From: Fistulifera solaris
Taxonomy: Eukaryota
NCBI GenBank assembly: GCA_030295235.1
Contig: AP026128.1
Location: 434,001-498,000 of the forward strand
Length of the DNA stretch: 64,000 nt
Reading direction: 5' to 3'
A model generated the notes under the pieces. That model worked only from the letters and a program-made list of their open reading frames with translations. It made no database searches and was not told where the DNA came from. Shown here piece after piece: positions 14,546 to 25,713 of this stretch. A program made the position numbers and the translations under genes. How positions within the stretch are numbered: the first letter of the stretch is position 1; each line of letters opens with the position of its first letter.

Positions 14546-15041
14546 CTATTCTCGGTTCCATCCGCGAATACGTCTGGCAAGTTGCATGTCTTTGGGCATA
14601 ATGGTAACGCGCTTCCCATGAATGGCACAATGGTTAGCATCCTCAAACAAGCCAACCAGGTGAGCCTCGGCGGCTTCTTGCAAAGCCAAAATGGCTGTTC
14701 CTTGCCATCGATAGGCAGTTCGGGACATTCCCTGCTGTATTTCACGAACGAGTCGAGCAAACGGCAATCGTCGAAGAAGTAAATCTGTCGACCCTTGAAA
14801 TTTGCGGATTTCTCGTAATGCCCGTTCACCTTCATTAGAAAGTTCTTAGTGTGTGAGAAATCTTAAACAACCAACGCTCGCTGATTTGATAATTTTACGT
14901 ACCTGGTCTCATGCGTCGCGTTCGTTTCACCCTGGGTTGGCGCTGACCAGCTTCTTCGAAAGTTGGGCCACCTCGTGATCGACCTTGTCCTACTAAGCTA
15001 CCGCGTCCACCTCGACGCGCTTGAGTCTTGTGTCGAACCAT
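14546..15041 (-). CDS. CENH3: Centromeric histone H3 variant CENH3/CENP-A; exons 15041-14903 and 14829-14546
   Basis: Splicing a 73-nt GT-AG intron (14902-14830) gives [14 protein letters not shown]...[63 protein letters not shown]...; divergent tail, PFAR instead of PFQR, RWQ instead of RFQ, longer loop 1. Confidence 0.9.
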
Positions 15042-15509
15042 ATTGGGATACAAATAATCAACTTAGTTTTAGCGAATGAGACCTTGCAATGGAGAAAGAC
15101 TTCGATTTATCAGGAAAGCTTTTACTCCGCTGGAAAAGTGCTGCTTGTCGGTAACGCCTCGCTGCGCAGACTAGAAAAAATACGTTGCCGTATTTTTTCT
15201 AGGCGCAGAATGGGGGCAGCAAGCGTAACGTCTGGCCGTTAAAGTCCCCTAAATAATTAGCTTTCCCGACAAGGCGCGAAAAATATTATCAGGTTTATTG
15301 TAGATGACATTTGATAGTATATATGACAACGGAAAGTTAATTTCGAACAAACCGCACCTCGTGTCAAGAGAAAATTTTTCTTAACGACTGACAACTGACA
15401 AAAGTGAAGAACTATGAACGACACTCGTAGCCTTACCTGGAAGCAAAAATGCCTGGTAGGAAAGGAAAGATGAAACGGAAAGGACGATTTCTAGACTAAT
15501 ATAGCAAGC

Positions 15510-16693
15510 TTACTTTTTGATACTAGCAATAGAACGTTCGTGCTTCCTCTTCAGCTCGTCGTGCCAGCCTAAAAACCTAGCAAGTTCCTTTATTCGATCA
15601 TCGCAGTCGCCTTGAACAAATAAGTTGCCTTTTCTCGTAAAATCTCCGACTAGATCACGATTGATTAACGCCTTCTTTGAACCAGAGGCCATTGACGGGA
15701 TCATCGATACCTAATTTGCCGATACGAGACATCAATGAGCAGGTTTCAACAAGCAACTGCTTGTCCACTCAAAGCAATGAAATGACTTACCGGGGCTACT
15801 TGTAAGGACGTTCCCATGACCAACACCAAATCCGTTTTCTTTACATCTTTATGCAAAGAAGAGTGAAACCGCTCTGGGAGATTCTCTCCGAAGAAAACAA
15901 TGTCCGGCTTGACGTAGGAACCACATATATGACAAAGTGGCACTTTACCCAGTTCCACGATCGACTGCTTCACCTTTTCTGCATCCGCTGGTTTGCGACA
16001 CGAGATGCACGTCGATGTTCGGTAATGGCCGTGGCATTCAATCAGAAGTTCTGCGGGTGTGTCGGCTAGATACTCCAATCCATCAATATTTTGCGTGTAA
16101 TTTCGTAGCAATTTCTTCTTCTCTGCCAGGAGTGCAATAAACGAATGCGTCAACGTCGGAACATGTTTTAGTCCGGGCCACATTTCTTGGGCCAAGGAAC
16201 AGAACGGCTGGGGCTTTTTGCGAAAAAAGTCGAGCTCAAAGACTGCTTCTGGATAGGGGAGGCGGAACTTTTGCAGGTTATCGTACTGTAATAAACCGAA
16301 ACGAAACATGTTAGACCGCTGTCAGCTCCCCGCTGAAATGATGCTATATAAATAAAGATGATGCAAACTCACCAAACCGGATCCCGGCGTACGAAAGTCG
16401 GGTATACCCGCTGACACACTAATGCCAGCCCCCGTCAAAACGAGTATATTCTGCGATTCTTGAATCCACAAACCCAATTGCTTGACCGATTCAGGTAAGC
16501 TCTTGATCCATTTCTCGTGAGCTTCGAGCGTATCTACTATTTGGAGTGATTCGATTTGATTCTGCAGCGCATCCACGTCGCTTTCCGAGCTCGAGTCACT
16601 TTCCGTAGGTCGAAGTGTGCCATCCGACCGTGCCGTTTCATCTGCTCCGGATACACTGCTTTCCGAGCGTAACGTATTTTTCAGCGAAGTCAT
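15510..16693 (-). CDS. Sir2-family NAD-dependent deacetylase (class I, SIRT2/Hst2-like); exons 16693-16373, 16285-15791, 15710-15510
   Basis: GAGISVSAGIPDFR, YTQNIDGLE, CHG, two CxxC pairs, KPDIVFFGE, GTSLQVAP, LINRD; GT-AG introns restore the frame. Confidence 0.92.
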
Positions 16694-16968
16694 GAAAGAA
16701 GATTGAATGGAGTATAATGTCCTCGAACTATTGACAGAGCGTATAGGACCGAATGAGCAGAGCCGACGTCGATAAGAAAACGAAACGCTGTTGATGATGC
16801 TATGATGCCGGAACAAGACCTGGGACTTTTTCCCCTTTAACATATAAATCCAAATAGGAAGCAAGCTTGATCTGCAGAACGACCGATAGTTTCAAAATAA
16901 TAATAGAATGTTTGTTGACCAAGTGCTCGCAGTCGCGATGGTTGCGGAGGGGCATGGTTGTCATCGTA

Positions 16969-17353
16969 AAATTCGAGGATCGGCTCCTTGAATTTTTACT
17001 ATAAAACGGAGTGTTGGTTTACGCCAGCCAAGACTTGATTGTACAGTAGTCATGAATCATCATGAACCGAACAACAAAAGGTTCCGTTTGCGTCTCTCAC
17101 ACCCGTCCATTGTCATTCAACTGCGAATTCAATTATAAATAAAGAAAACTAAAGTCGCAACAATGATGATTCTGGACTTCTTATTAAGAGTTTTATTTAT
17201 TTTCACGTCGAAAAATCCGAGGATCGGCTCCTTAAATTTTTACTATAAAACGGAGTGTTGGTTTACGCCAGCCACGACTGGATTGTGCAGTAATCACGAA
17301 CCGAACAACAAAGGGTTCCGCCGTTTTGCGTTTCTCGCATCCGTCCATATTGT
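16969..17353 (+). repeat. Imperfect direct duplication of about 140 bp (16969-17113 and 17213-17353, offset 244) in the Sir2/HD-protein divergent intergenic region
   Basis: Both copies read gaggatcggctcctt-aatttttactataaaacggagtgttggtttacgccagcca-gact...gaaccgaacaacaaa-ggttccg. Confidence 0.9.
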
Positions 17354-17370
17354 TAGCACCTTTCGACGTG

Positions 17371-18177
17371 ATGTGTCGATCCTTCCTTGTATTACGAGTG
17401 TTTCTTATCTTCTTGGCTCAATCAGCATACTCTCTGACAAACACTATGAATACAGCCAGCGGCGCATTATCGTTCGTCACCGACATTTGTGGTGCACTGA
17501 AAGAACTGAAACGGACGGGATGGGTGATGCGTCACGTGCCCTTTCCGGAATCCGACAGCGATCACATGCATCGGTGTGCCATGTGTGCACTTCTTTTGAG
17601 TCAACCGGCGGATCCGTTGGATGATTATTCTTCTGAAAATAGTCGGTATCATCCCCGTCAGGTGGACAGCGTCAAGTTGTTGAAAATGGCCGTCACGCAC
17701 GATTTGTGCGAATCGCTGGCCGGTGACATTACACCCTTTTGTGGAGTGGATCATAGTGATAAGCATGCGAAAGAAATGGCGGCCATGCAACGGATTCGTA
17801 ACATTGTGGGTGATCCTCTGGGAGAAGAACTTTTCAACTTGTGGATGGAATATGAAACACAAGAAACTGTAGAAGCCATCTATTGTAAGGACATTGATAA
17901 ATTTGAAATGGTCGTGCAAGCCTATGAATACGAGAAAAAGTATTTACAAATCAAGTCGAAGGATGTGGACCCATTACAGGATTTAATGGAAGGCGAGGAA
18001 CTGCCTTCTGTGATTGACCAGCCGCTGCGTCGCTTTTTCAAAACAACCAATTCTGTTTTCCGAACGCCACTATTCCGACGTTTAGATAATGAGCTTCGAG
18101 ATAAAAGAGAAGCGATGCTAAAAGAGAAAGGAGGGTGGTGTGTAACACAAGAAGAGCGACAGATGTATGCAAGTTAA
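17371..18177 (+). CDS. HD-domain 5'-deoxynucleotidase, HDDC2/YfbR-like
   Basis: LKELKRTGWV, ESDSDHMHR, MAVTHDLCESLAGDITP, LWMEYE, KDIDKFEMVVQAYEYE; hydrophobic N-terminal extension (alternative start at 17447). Confidence 0.88.
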   Translation: MCRSFLVLRVFLIFLAQSAYSLTNTMNTASGALSFVTDICGALKELKRTGWVMRHVPFPESDSDHMHRCAMCALLLSQPADPLDDYSSENSRYHPRQVDSVKLLKMAVTHDLCESLAGDITPFCGVDHSDKHAKEMAAMQRIRNIVGDPLGEELFNLWMEYETQETVEAIYCKDIDKFEMVVQAYEYEKKYLQIKSKDVDPLQDLMEGEELPSVIDQPLRRFFKTTNSVFRTPLFRRLDNELRDKREAMLKEKGGWCVTQEERQMYAS

Positions 18178-18423
18178 CGATGAAAAGACTGTATGTCGAA
18201 CAGAAAATATTAAGTTGATGCGGTCGCCTTGTTCTAGTCTACATCAACTAGTCACTCGCATTCGCTCTTATCAATGTATACGGAGAGTTAAAGCTAGCAA
18301 TGGCCTAGAAATGGCGACGAACGATAGTATAGATGAACAAAGGAACACGAAAGAAACAGTCCGCGCATTCAAATCGCAAAAAGTTGATGTATTTATACTG
18401 TTAGTTGAGGTCTATTGAGTAAC

Positions 18424-18787
18424 CTAAACAGTCAGAGGAGGTCGAGGAATATTCTCAATAGCATCCAGTTGAATATCTCGCGGCAATGTGGCCCGCTTTC
18501 GACGCTTGGCCAGGGGAGAATCCGGGTACACCAGTTCAAACAAATTGGAGCATTTCGGAGTCTGAATATTCGAACAATCGAAACCCGCTGGTACAGGACT
18601 CGCAGGAGGAATTTCCCGAAGAATGATCGTATCTTCTTCCTCACCATCGGAGTGGTAACTGAAAAACTCGGAAGATTCGGAGCATTCCACCGTGGCCAGC
18701 GTGTTTTGCGACTGCTCGAGCGAATTGTGTGCCTTCGGTTTGCTCGCTGGATCAAATTCCACCGAGAAAGTCTCTGAATTGAACATA
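18424..18787 (-). CDS. Small hypothetical acidic/Pro-rich protein
   Basis: Open frame of about 120 aa (MFNSETFSVEFDP...SPLAKRRKRATLP); no recognised domain, start uncertain. Confidence 0.4.
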
Positions 18788-19697
18788 CTTGACGTTAATG
18801 ATTCATCCAACGTGGGAAGCATCTGAGACAGCTTCCTTCGACGCTGCGGCGCTCCCGTCGATTTGTTATCTGTCTTTTGAAATTCAGTTTACTAAAGCCA
18901 GCGATGATTGCGTTTGCGGTGTTCAGTCCCTGGGTAGTCATGTTGTTATCACAATGCAGTATTCTAGAACAAGAAAGGATAGGAACAATAATATTCGATT
19001 GAATACGTTTCTTTTTCGTGTCAATGGTGTCGTTTTGCTTTTTGTTCTCCAGCAGCAGCCGCACCTCTTTTCCATCAATTCACGCGCGACTTTTTGCTTT
19101 TTGCTTTGTTTTTGTTACTGGTTCGGAGTGTGTTTCCTCCTACTTTTACGCGTATACTGCGAAGCCTTGGTGGGAAAAACGAATGCGCCGTTATTGTGTG
19201 GAAATTATACGAGAGAACTAGTAGAACAAGACATTTTTCATGAGAAAACCTTTCATCGCTTTTCTTTCCGCTACTATTTGTAAAAGTGTTTGGAAATCAT
19301 AGAACTGAGAAAGTAATTATGCCATACATGAAAGTACTGGCATCTGGCACCATGACTCTCTACTGTCGGATTTCGAGTGCTAATTCCGATTTTCAACCTG
19401 AGTGACGTCATACTCGAGACTCGGAACGATAGGAGTGCGAGAATGAATATTTTCAACCTCGTCAGTCAGCAAGCACACGCATGGCACACGTCAACCAAAA
19501 AAACAAGAAAGAGATCATGAGGTGAAACAAAAGAATGAATCATCAACTTTCCACCCCGCTTTGACGTGGAAGCCGAAAAGTCCACTTCAGAGAGACGTGG
19601 CTTTGAAGTCCGTATCAAGACGCGGCTCGTAGCATCTTGATCATTCAGCCTTTTCACTTTCATTTGAATTCAAAATCTTGAGTTCAATAGGAGGAAA

Positions 19698-21542
19698 ATG
19701 ATGATTCATTCCAGGTATCGAAAAATGGAGGTGCCATTCATGTTTCTGCTGCTAATCGGAATACTATTCAGCGATGAATCTCTTTACACAACTGCTTTTT
19801 CGATGTCAAGAATCGTGTCTTCTCACACACAAATCAGACCGCACAGTCTCAGAATGAGCCATTTACCGATAGCAACGAAAGATGAGAGCGACACTGCCAT
19901 TCATAACGAATACTTGCAAGAGGATATATTTTTCGATGAGATCGAATCGCCCAGCGCGAGTGCACAAAAGCAATTGACAACACTGGCCACAGCCAGCGTG
20001 GTTGGTGTCTTGACCGGCGTGAACATTGTTATTTTCAAACGATCGATCGAGATCATGCGTGAATTTTGTTACGGAGACTCGTATATTGCGAACCATTTTC
20101 CGCTCTTTTCGATTCCGATGATTGGAGGAATAGCGGTGGGATTGGTCTTGTTGAGTGGGGAATTACCTCCTGGTTTACGACAAACAGTGACTGAGGTGGA
20201 CCGTGACAGTATGGCTTCGATGATGCCCGAACGCTCCGCCGAACGATCACCCTTGCGTCAGCTCCAACAAGGAGCGCGGAAAGCCTTTGCCGCGGCAACA
20301 ACATTAGGGTCAGGAAACAGTCTGGGACCCGAAGGACCTTCCGTGGAAGCTGGTATGACAATGGCTCGTGTTGTATCCAATTTTGTAAATGACGATCGCA
20401 CACGGCGGTTTCAAGAGAATGCCCGCAAAGTTCTGGTGAGCCGAGGTGAATTATCCGGCAAAGACCGAGGATACTGGTCTCAGTTGGACGACAGTCCCAT
20501 CCTTCACGAAGCGATCAAACGGCGGCGTTTGTTTTTGTCCTGTGGAGCCGCGGCGGGTGTCTCCGCTGGTTTCAATGCGCCTTTGGCAGGAGTGTTTTTT
20601 GCCTTGGAGGTGGTGCAACGGGCTCTCCTTTCTGCCAGCGAAGAAGACGATGACACACCCAACAGTAAGACGCAAGACTCCCTTACAGTCGATTCGATTA
20701 GTATAAGTGCAATTCTTCTTTCCTCAGTGCTCTCTGCACTTGTAATTAAATTCCTTTTGGGGAGTGAAGAAGCGCTGAGAGTCCCCTCGTTTTCTCTAAC
20801 GAATCCGCTGTTTGAGCTTCCGCTTTACCTTCTGTTGGGTTCTTTTGCTGGAATACTGGCGGCTTCCTTCAGTGCGTTCGCGAAACTGACCAAGTCTGTT
20901 TTTGTTGGGGAGCTTGGTCCTGAATTTGTGAGGTACTTTTTCAAAACGATACCCAAGAACACGAAGCCCTTGGTTGGTTCTTTGTTTTGTGGGTTAATGG
21001 GTGTCGCCTACCCACAAACTCTTTTCTTTGGTTACGAGACACTCAATGGTCTTTTGGCAAGTAAAGTATTTCCAACGCAGGACGCATTATCGCTACTGGC
21101 TGCAAAATTCTCCACCACTGCGGTGGCTGCTTCCTCTGGCTTGGTGGGCGGTACGTTTGCTCCTTCCATTTTCTTGGGCGGGATGCTGGGGGCGGCCTTT
21201 CACAACTCTGCGGAAGCCTTTGCTCATTTCCTGACGAACACGTTTCCCCAAATCAGCCCACTGGTGTTTGACGTCTCCGACTTACCCGCGTATGCCATGG
21301 TCGGCGGCGCTAGTGTACTAGCTGCACTGTTTCGCGCGCCGCTTACGGCCAGTCTGCTTTTGTTCGAAAGCACAAAGAACTATGATGTGATTCTGCCGTT
21401 AATGGCTAGCGCGGGCATCGGAAGCCTCGTTGGCGACATCGTTGAGCAATTATTAGAGGAACAACGGAGAGATCTAGACAATGTTTCTTGGGGTGATTTG
21501 GCCATGAAAAATGCACAAAAAGATGATGAACAATCAAGGTAA
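19698..21542 (+). CDS. CLC-family chloride channel/antiporter (CLC-e/f-like, probably plastid-targeted)
   Basis: LGSGNSLGPEGPSVE, GAAAGVSAGFNAPLAGVFFALE, GGTFAPS, FRAPLTA; N-terminal hydrophobic stretch followed by TAF and a Ser/Arg-rich transit-like region. Confidence 0.92.
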   Translation: MMIHSRYRKMEVPFMFLLLIGILFSDESLYTTAFSMSRIVSSHTQIRPHSLRMSHLPIATKDESDTAIHNEYLQEDIFFDEIESPSASAQKQLTTLATASVVGVLTGVNIVIFKRSIEIMREFCYGDSYIANHFPLFSIPMIGGIAVGLVLLSGELPPGLRQTVTEVDRDSMASMMPERSAERSPLRQLQQGARKAFAAATTLGSGNSLGPEGPSVEAGMTMARVVSNFVNDDRTRRFQENARKVLVSRGELSGKDRGYWSQLDDSPILHEAIKRRRLFLSCGAAAGVSAGFNAPLAGVFFALEVVQRALLSASEEDDDTPNSKTQDSLTVDSISISAILLSSVLSALVIKFLLGSEEALRVPSFSLTNPLFELPLYLLLGSFAGILAASFSAFAKLTKSVFVGELGPEFVRYFFKTIPKNTKPLVGSLFCGLMGVAYPQTLFFGYETLNGLLASKVFPTQDALSLLAAKFSTTAVAASSGLVGGTFAPSIFLGGMLGAAFHNSAEAFAHFLTNTFPQISPLVFDVSDLPAYAMVGGASVLAALFRAPLTASLLLFESTKNYDVILPLMASAGIGSLVGDIVEQLLEEQRRDLDNVSWGDLAMKNAQKDDEQSR

Positions 21543-21640
21543 AAAGCAATGCATTAGACTTTTGTTAGATTTCTTGTACATTTGCAATTTAAAAAGCTTG
21601 ATCGTTGACGATCAAACACGTTAGGGGAATGCAATGCGCT

Positions 21641-21918
21641 TTTTTACTATAGTCCCAAAGTCTTGTCCGTTTTTCACCAAGACTGGTTTCAGTAAGTAAA
21701 AAGAAAAGGCTATAACTCGCTCTTGTAATCCTTCCATTCCCAACAGCATCTTCTTTCTATCTCAAAACATACTTTGGCTATTGAGTTACATGAACTTATC
21801 ATTTCCAATGCCCAGCTTGATCATTGATGATGAAAACATGGTGGAATAGTTCACTTCACATATTTACTATACCAGGTAATCCCAAAGTGTGATCCGTTTT
21901 CACCAAGACTGGTTTCAG
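21641..21918 (+). repeat. Pair of dispersed-family repeat copies (21641-21693 and 21862-21918)
   Basis: Both contain tttactata...cccaaagt...tccgtttt(t)caccaagactggtttcag; offset 226. Confidence 0.8.
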
Positions 21919-21980
21919 ACACGAGAAAACCGTCCATTTCTGACCTTCACCCGTCACCGCGTGAAATAAAGAGCGACAGC

Positions 21981-22522
21981 TATTGATGGTAACCTCTAGA
22001 TGATGATAAGGTGATCTCAATTATTATGAGCTACGAGGTTGCTATCGAATGGTCGCTCCGAATACTGGTGGATGCCGTGATCCGAGAGGGTTACGGGTTG
22101 GTCGGTTGACGTACAGAAACTGGCAAACCACCACGTACGGAACGGATAGCACCAGCATTTGCATACACTTGCCGTTTCAGGATGCGCAAAGTATATGAAG
22201 TGGGGCGTCCGGGGATGACATCCAGAGCCCTGTTGGGAAACTGGGGGAAATTGGGGTCGATGGTGGACATTGCACTAGTGGCAACAACGACGACACAACT
22301 CACGGATTGACGACTGTTGTCGGTGAATCAATTCGAGAGAGATAAAGGAAAGAAAAAGATAATTGAGATCTATTGATGGTAACCTCTAGATGATGATAAG
22401 GTGATCTCAATTATTATGAGCTACGAGGTTGCTATCGAATGGTCGCTCCGAATACTGGTGGATGCCGTGATCCGAGAGGGTTACGGGTTGGTCGGTTGAC
22501 GTACAGAAACTGGCAAACAACA
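21981..22522 (-). mobile_element. Internally deleted LTR retrotransposon (copia/CoDi-like): 5' LTR 22522-22371, PBS 22370-22359, gag stub from 22270, 3' LTR 22128-21981
   Basis: 148 bp identical direct repeats; minus-strand termini TGTTG...CAATA; 5-bp TSD ACAGC at 21976-21980 and 22523-22527; MSTIDPNFPQFPNRALDVIPGRPTSYTLRILKRQVYANAGAIRSVRGG resembles diatom copia Gag N-termini. Confidence 0.88.
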
Positions 22523-22591
22523 ACAGCCTCTCCTCTTGCAGGCATTGCTTCGATCTAACACTGCTGAAGTAATAGACCATTGCTTGCCATC

Positions 22592-23985
22592 ATGTTAACT
22601 TGCGAACTATCTGGAGAAGTAATTGTCGAAGGAGGCGTGGTGACGCCCTCCGGTCATGTTTGCAGCCGTCGAATCTTGCTGCAAAAATTTCAAGAGAACG
22701 GTGGATTGGACCCTTTCACCCAAGCACCGCTGTCGGAAGATGATCTCATTGAACTCAAAACCAGCACCAACGTTCCACCACGAACAGCTGCGTCATTTCC
22801 ATCCATATTAAAGCATTTACAAGAAGAGTATGACGCCGTCTTGTTGGAGTTGATCGACACACGGGCGGCCTTGCAAGAAACGCGCCAAGAGTTGTCGACG
22901 GCCTTGTATCAAAATGATGCGGCGATTCGAGTTATTGCCCGACTTTCCGCGGAACGGGATGCTGCGCGGAATACACAAATGGAACAACCACCACCGGAAA
23001 AGAAACGAAAGGTTGCGGCGGCTATCGAGTCGCAGAATTTGTCGGAAAAAGATCTGCAAGAGATGCAGGACGTCTGGGAGTCACTCAAATCGACACGAAA
23101 AGCTCGACAGAAGGAAGCAAGTGATAAAGCGTGGAGTCCTGAACAGCATGCAGCTCTGCAAGTCTCTCAACAAAGCATGACGTTGGAATCGCCCACTAGT
23201 TTGGCTGTATCGGCATCATCAATAGTCGGGTGCAGTCATAAGCAGTTGCTGCTTTACGACGCTCAACAGCACAAAGTGATTGCTTCGGTGGATGCGAGCT
23301 TGTCAACGGTCGATATCGATTCAAAGCACATTGCTGGAGGCTCCGACTCGGGGCTTTTGTCGATTTGGTTGTACCAAGAAGGTATCAAACTGGCGCATTC
23401 TGTTTCGGTAGATCAAGCCATTGTGCATGTCCAGCTTCATCCCAATCAGACGCACGTCATTGTTACAACACAGGATGGTGTGATTCGCATCTTTCGAATC
23501 GAAGAATCGGTTCCGCTGGTGGGAGTCTACAAAAACGAAGGGGCTACTCTTACAACCGGTGCGCTGCACCCGGATGGTTTGATCTACATTGTAGGGACGA
23601 CTACGGGAACGTTGGCTATTTGGGATCTCAAAAACCAAGTTCTTGCTGGAACGATGGGCGGGGGGTCACCGGTCGTGGATGTTGTTTTTCCAACAATGGA
23701 TATCACATAGCGGCAGCGCACGAAAACGGCGTGATTGTCATTTGGGATTTGCGAAAACAGAAAGAGGTGACTCGGTTAGAGACACCCGGTGTTTCCTCCG
23801 TGTGTTTTGATGCTACTGGGAAGTTTCTAGTGTATGGGAAAAAGGAAGGGGTTTCGATTACCGCTGTCAAGCAGTGGGATAAAAAGGTCACTATTCCGTG
23901 TCCGGGGGTAGAAAGAATAGTCTGGAGTGAAGATTGGTTGGTCGTATCGACGCCTTCGGGAGTCCAATTTGTTGCACCCTCTTAA
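22592..23985 (+). CDS. PRP19: Pre-mRNA processing factor 19 (U-box, coiled coil, WD40); frameshift near 23690
   Basis: MLTCELSGE...TPSGHV U-box, LQEEYDAVLLE...TRQELSTALYQNDAAIRVIARL, LHPDGLI, FSNNGYH, IWDLRK. Confidence 0.92.
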
Positions 23986-24650
23986 TCAAAGCCTGTAATT
24001 AATCGACAATACAGATGCCAATGCGCGTATGTAATCGCTTTTTGTATGAAATTCTTTTTTATTACTACTTCCGTCGCTGGCAGATCAGTTTCGGATGTGC
24101 GAAAGTACTGTAGATGTTGTAGGAAAAACGTCGTGGTAGTCAACAAAGTGATTGTTAACGATGAACCGTCGATGATGTGGGTTTAGTGAAAGTTCGAAAC
24201 CAAAAAGTTTCCTAGAGTAATTTTTGTTGCCCCAGGTAAAAAGCGGCACCTTCTAAGGGCTAACCTTCGTTAACAAATTATTTGCCAAGTTTCATTGAAA
24301 TATTTTAATTAGTTTCCCGAGCCATGCCTCGTCGTATCCTAACAGCAACAAGTCTTCGAAAAAGTGCAATCTAAATCCCGGTAAGTGAATTACAGCAATG
24401 AAGAAAGGCGACGGGCAATCAACAAAAAGAGAGCCAGGTTAATTGTTTCTTAAACTAGCTGCGTTTGCATGCGATTCTCGCCGCAATCTAGGGTTCTGTG
24501 AGTACTAGTACAGTCGTCGAATATCATCTTGTATCTGACAGTGGCACAAACCGAGACTGCGACCACGTATTCGATTTGATTCTACTTGTAGCGTAGCTCG
24601 TCGGCAACAAAAGAGAACGAAAAGCGATCGGTCGAATTTCAAGAAACGGC

Positions 24651-25565
24651 TCAAACAAAATCTTGAGTTGGAACATCCTCTGTCGGTAGTCCACTCCATT
24701 CTTCCCCGACGAGCGACTCTTCGGTCCCTCGTTGTCGAAATCGTCGCATCATCCGCATCCAAAAGCTCCTGATGGGTTCTACTGCAGAAGGAATCGATGA
24801 AACCAATGGCGTCCCGGTCGCTGGAACGAATGACGGACTACGCGTCAGAATGTTCACGAAGGGCCACTCTTCCATCGTTTGGAGGCGACGTTCGTCGATC
24901 ATGAGTATGCCATCGAAACATCCCGCACTGTGGAGGAACCCCGTCACAATACCGGACAAATGGCCGTAAAAGGAAATGTTGGGCAAGATCAATTGCAGTA
25001 CCGACAGTCTTTGGACGGTGGTGAGACACAAGCAGTGGAAGCACAAAACATGCCACGACGATTCTGCTTACAATGCAAAGGGATAGAACAACGGTGGCAC
25101 CTCGATTATTCCGAACAACGAACGAGGTTGCGAACTGCTGGTCACGTCTAGCACCAGCATGTGAAATAGAACTCCCGAAAAACCGACCGAGTGCTGCAAA
25201 TACAGATCGTTGTTGCCGATAACCAGGAAAAGCAAGGATATTGCGATATAAACCATGGATATCATAACAATCGACATGAAGGTGGAGAAAAGATGGTACA
25301 CAGTTCCGACTCGTTTCTCGACCGCGGAGCTGATAGCAAAAGCGGAAAGCATGTTCAGCGCAATATGCAAAAAGTTTGCATGGAAGAATGCGTGTGTGAG
25401 GATGCGATAGACCTCCCAATGCTCCACAATCCGTTGCGGACAGAGAGTGAACGTTTGCAGCGGCAAATTCAAGATTGTTTGGCAGCCGTACACGACGACG
25501 CAGAACGCTATCACCGTCAACGTGGACGGTGGGACTAACTGCACTTCTTCATTCAATCGCGACAT
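24651..25565 (-). CDS. Rhomboid intramembrane serine protease (RHBDD1-like); exons 25565-25072 and 25008-24651
   Basis: YRILTHAFFHANFLHIALNM, catalytic VGFSGVLF and GHLSG; a 63-nt gtaag...aag intron (25071-25009) restores the frame. Confidence 0.88.
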
Positions 25566-25713
25566 AATACAATGATTGTACGGTTGATTGGCTGGAAAAG
25601 CTCTAACTTTAAGAAATGGTTTGCGGCCGGTCGTGAAGTGAACAACATACCAGGTAATAACAAAAAAATCCCAATATTTTTTGGCAAGACGACTTGCAAA
25701 CAGCACACACCTA

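Noticed and set aside
15433..15470. U1 snRNA-like CTTACCTGG
   Set aside because: Only 9 nt match; the downstream U1 stem-loops and Sm site were not found.
21989..22094. C/D-box snoRNA-like pattern (terminal GTAACC stem, ATGATGA, CCGA) in the duplicated 148-bp segment
   Set aside because: The D box is non-canonical, I recognised no rRNA guide, and the segment is better explained as an LTR with TSD and gag stub.
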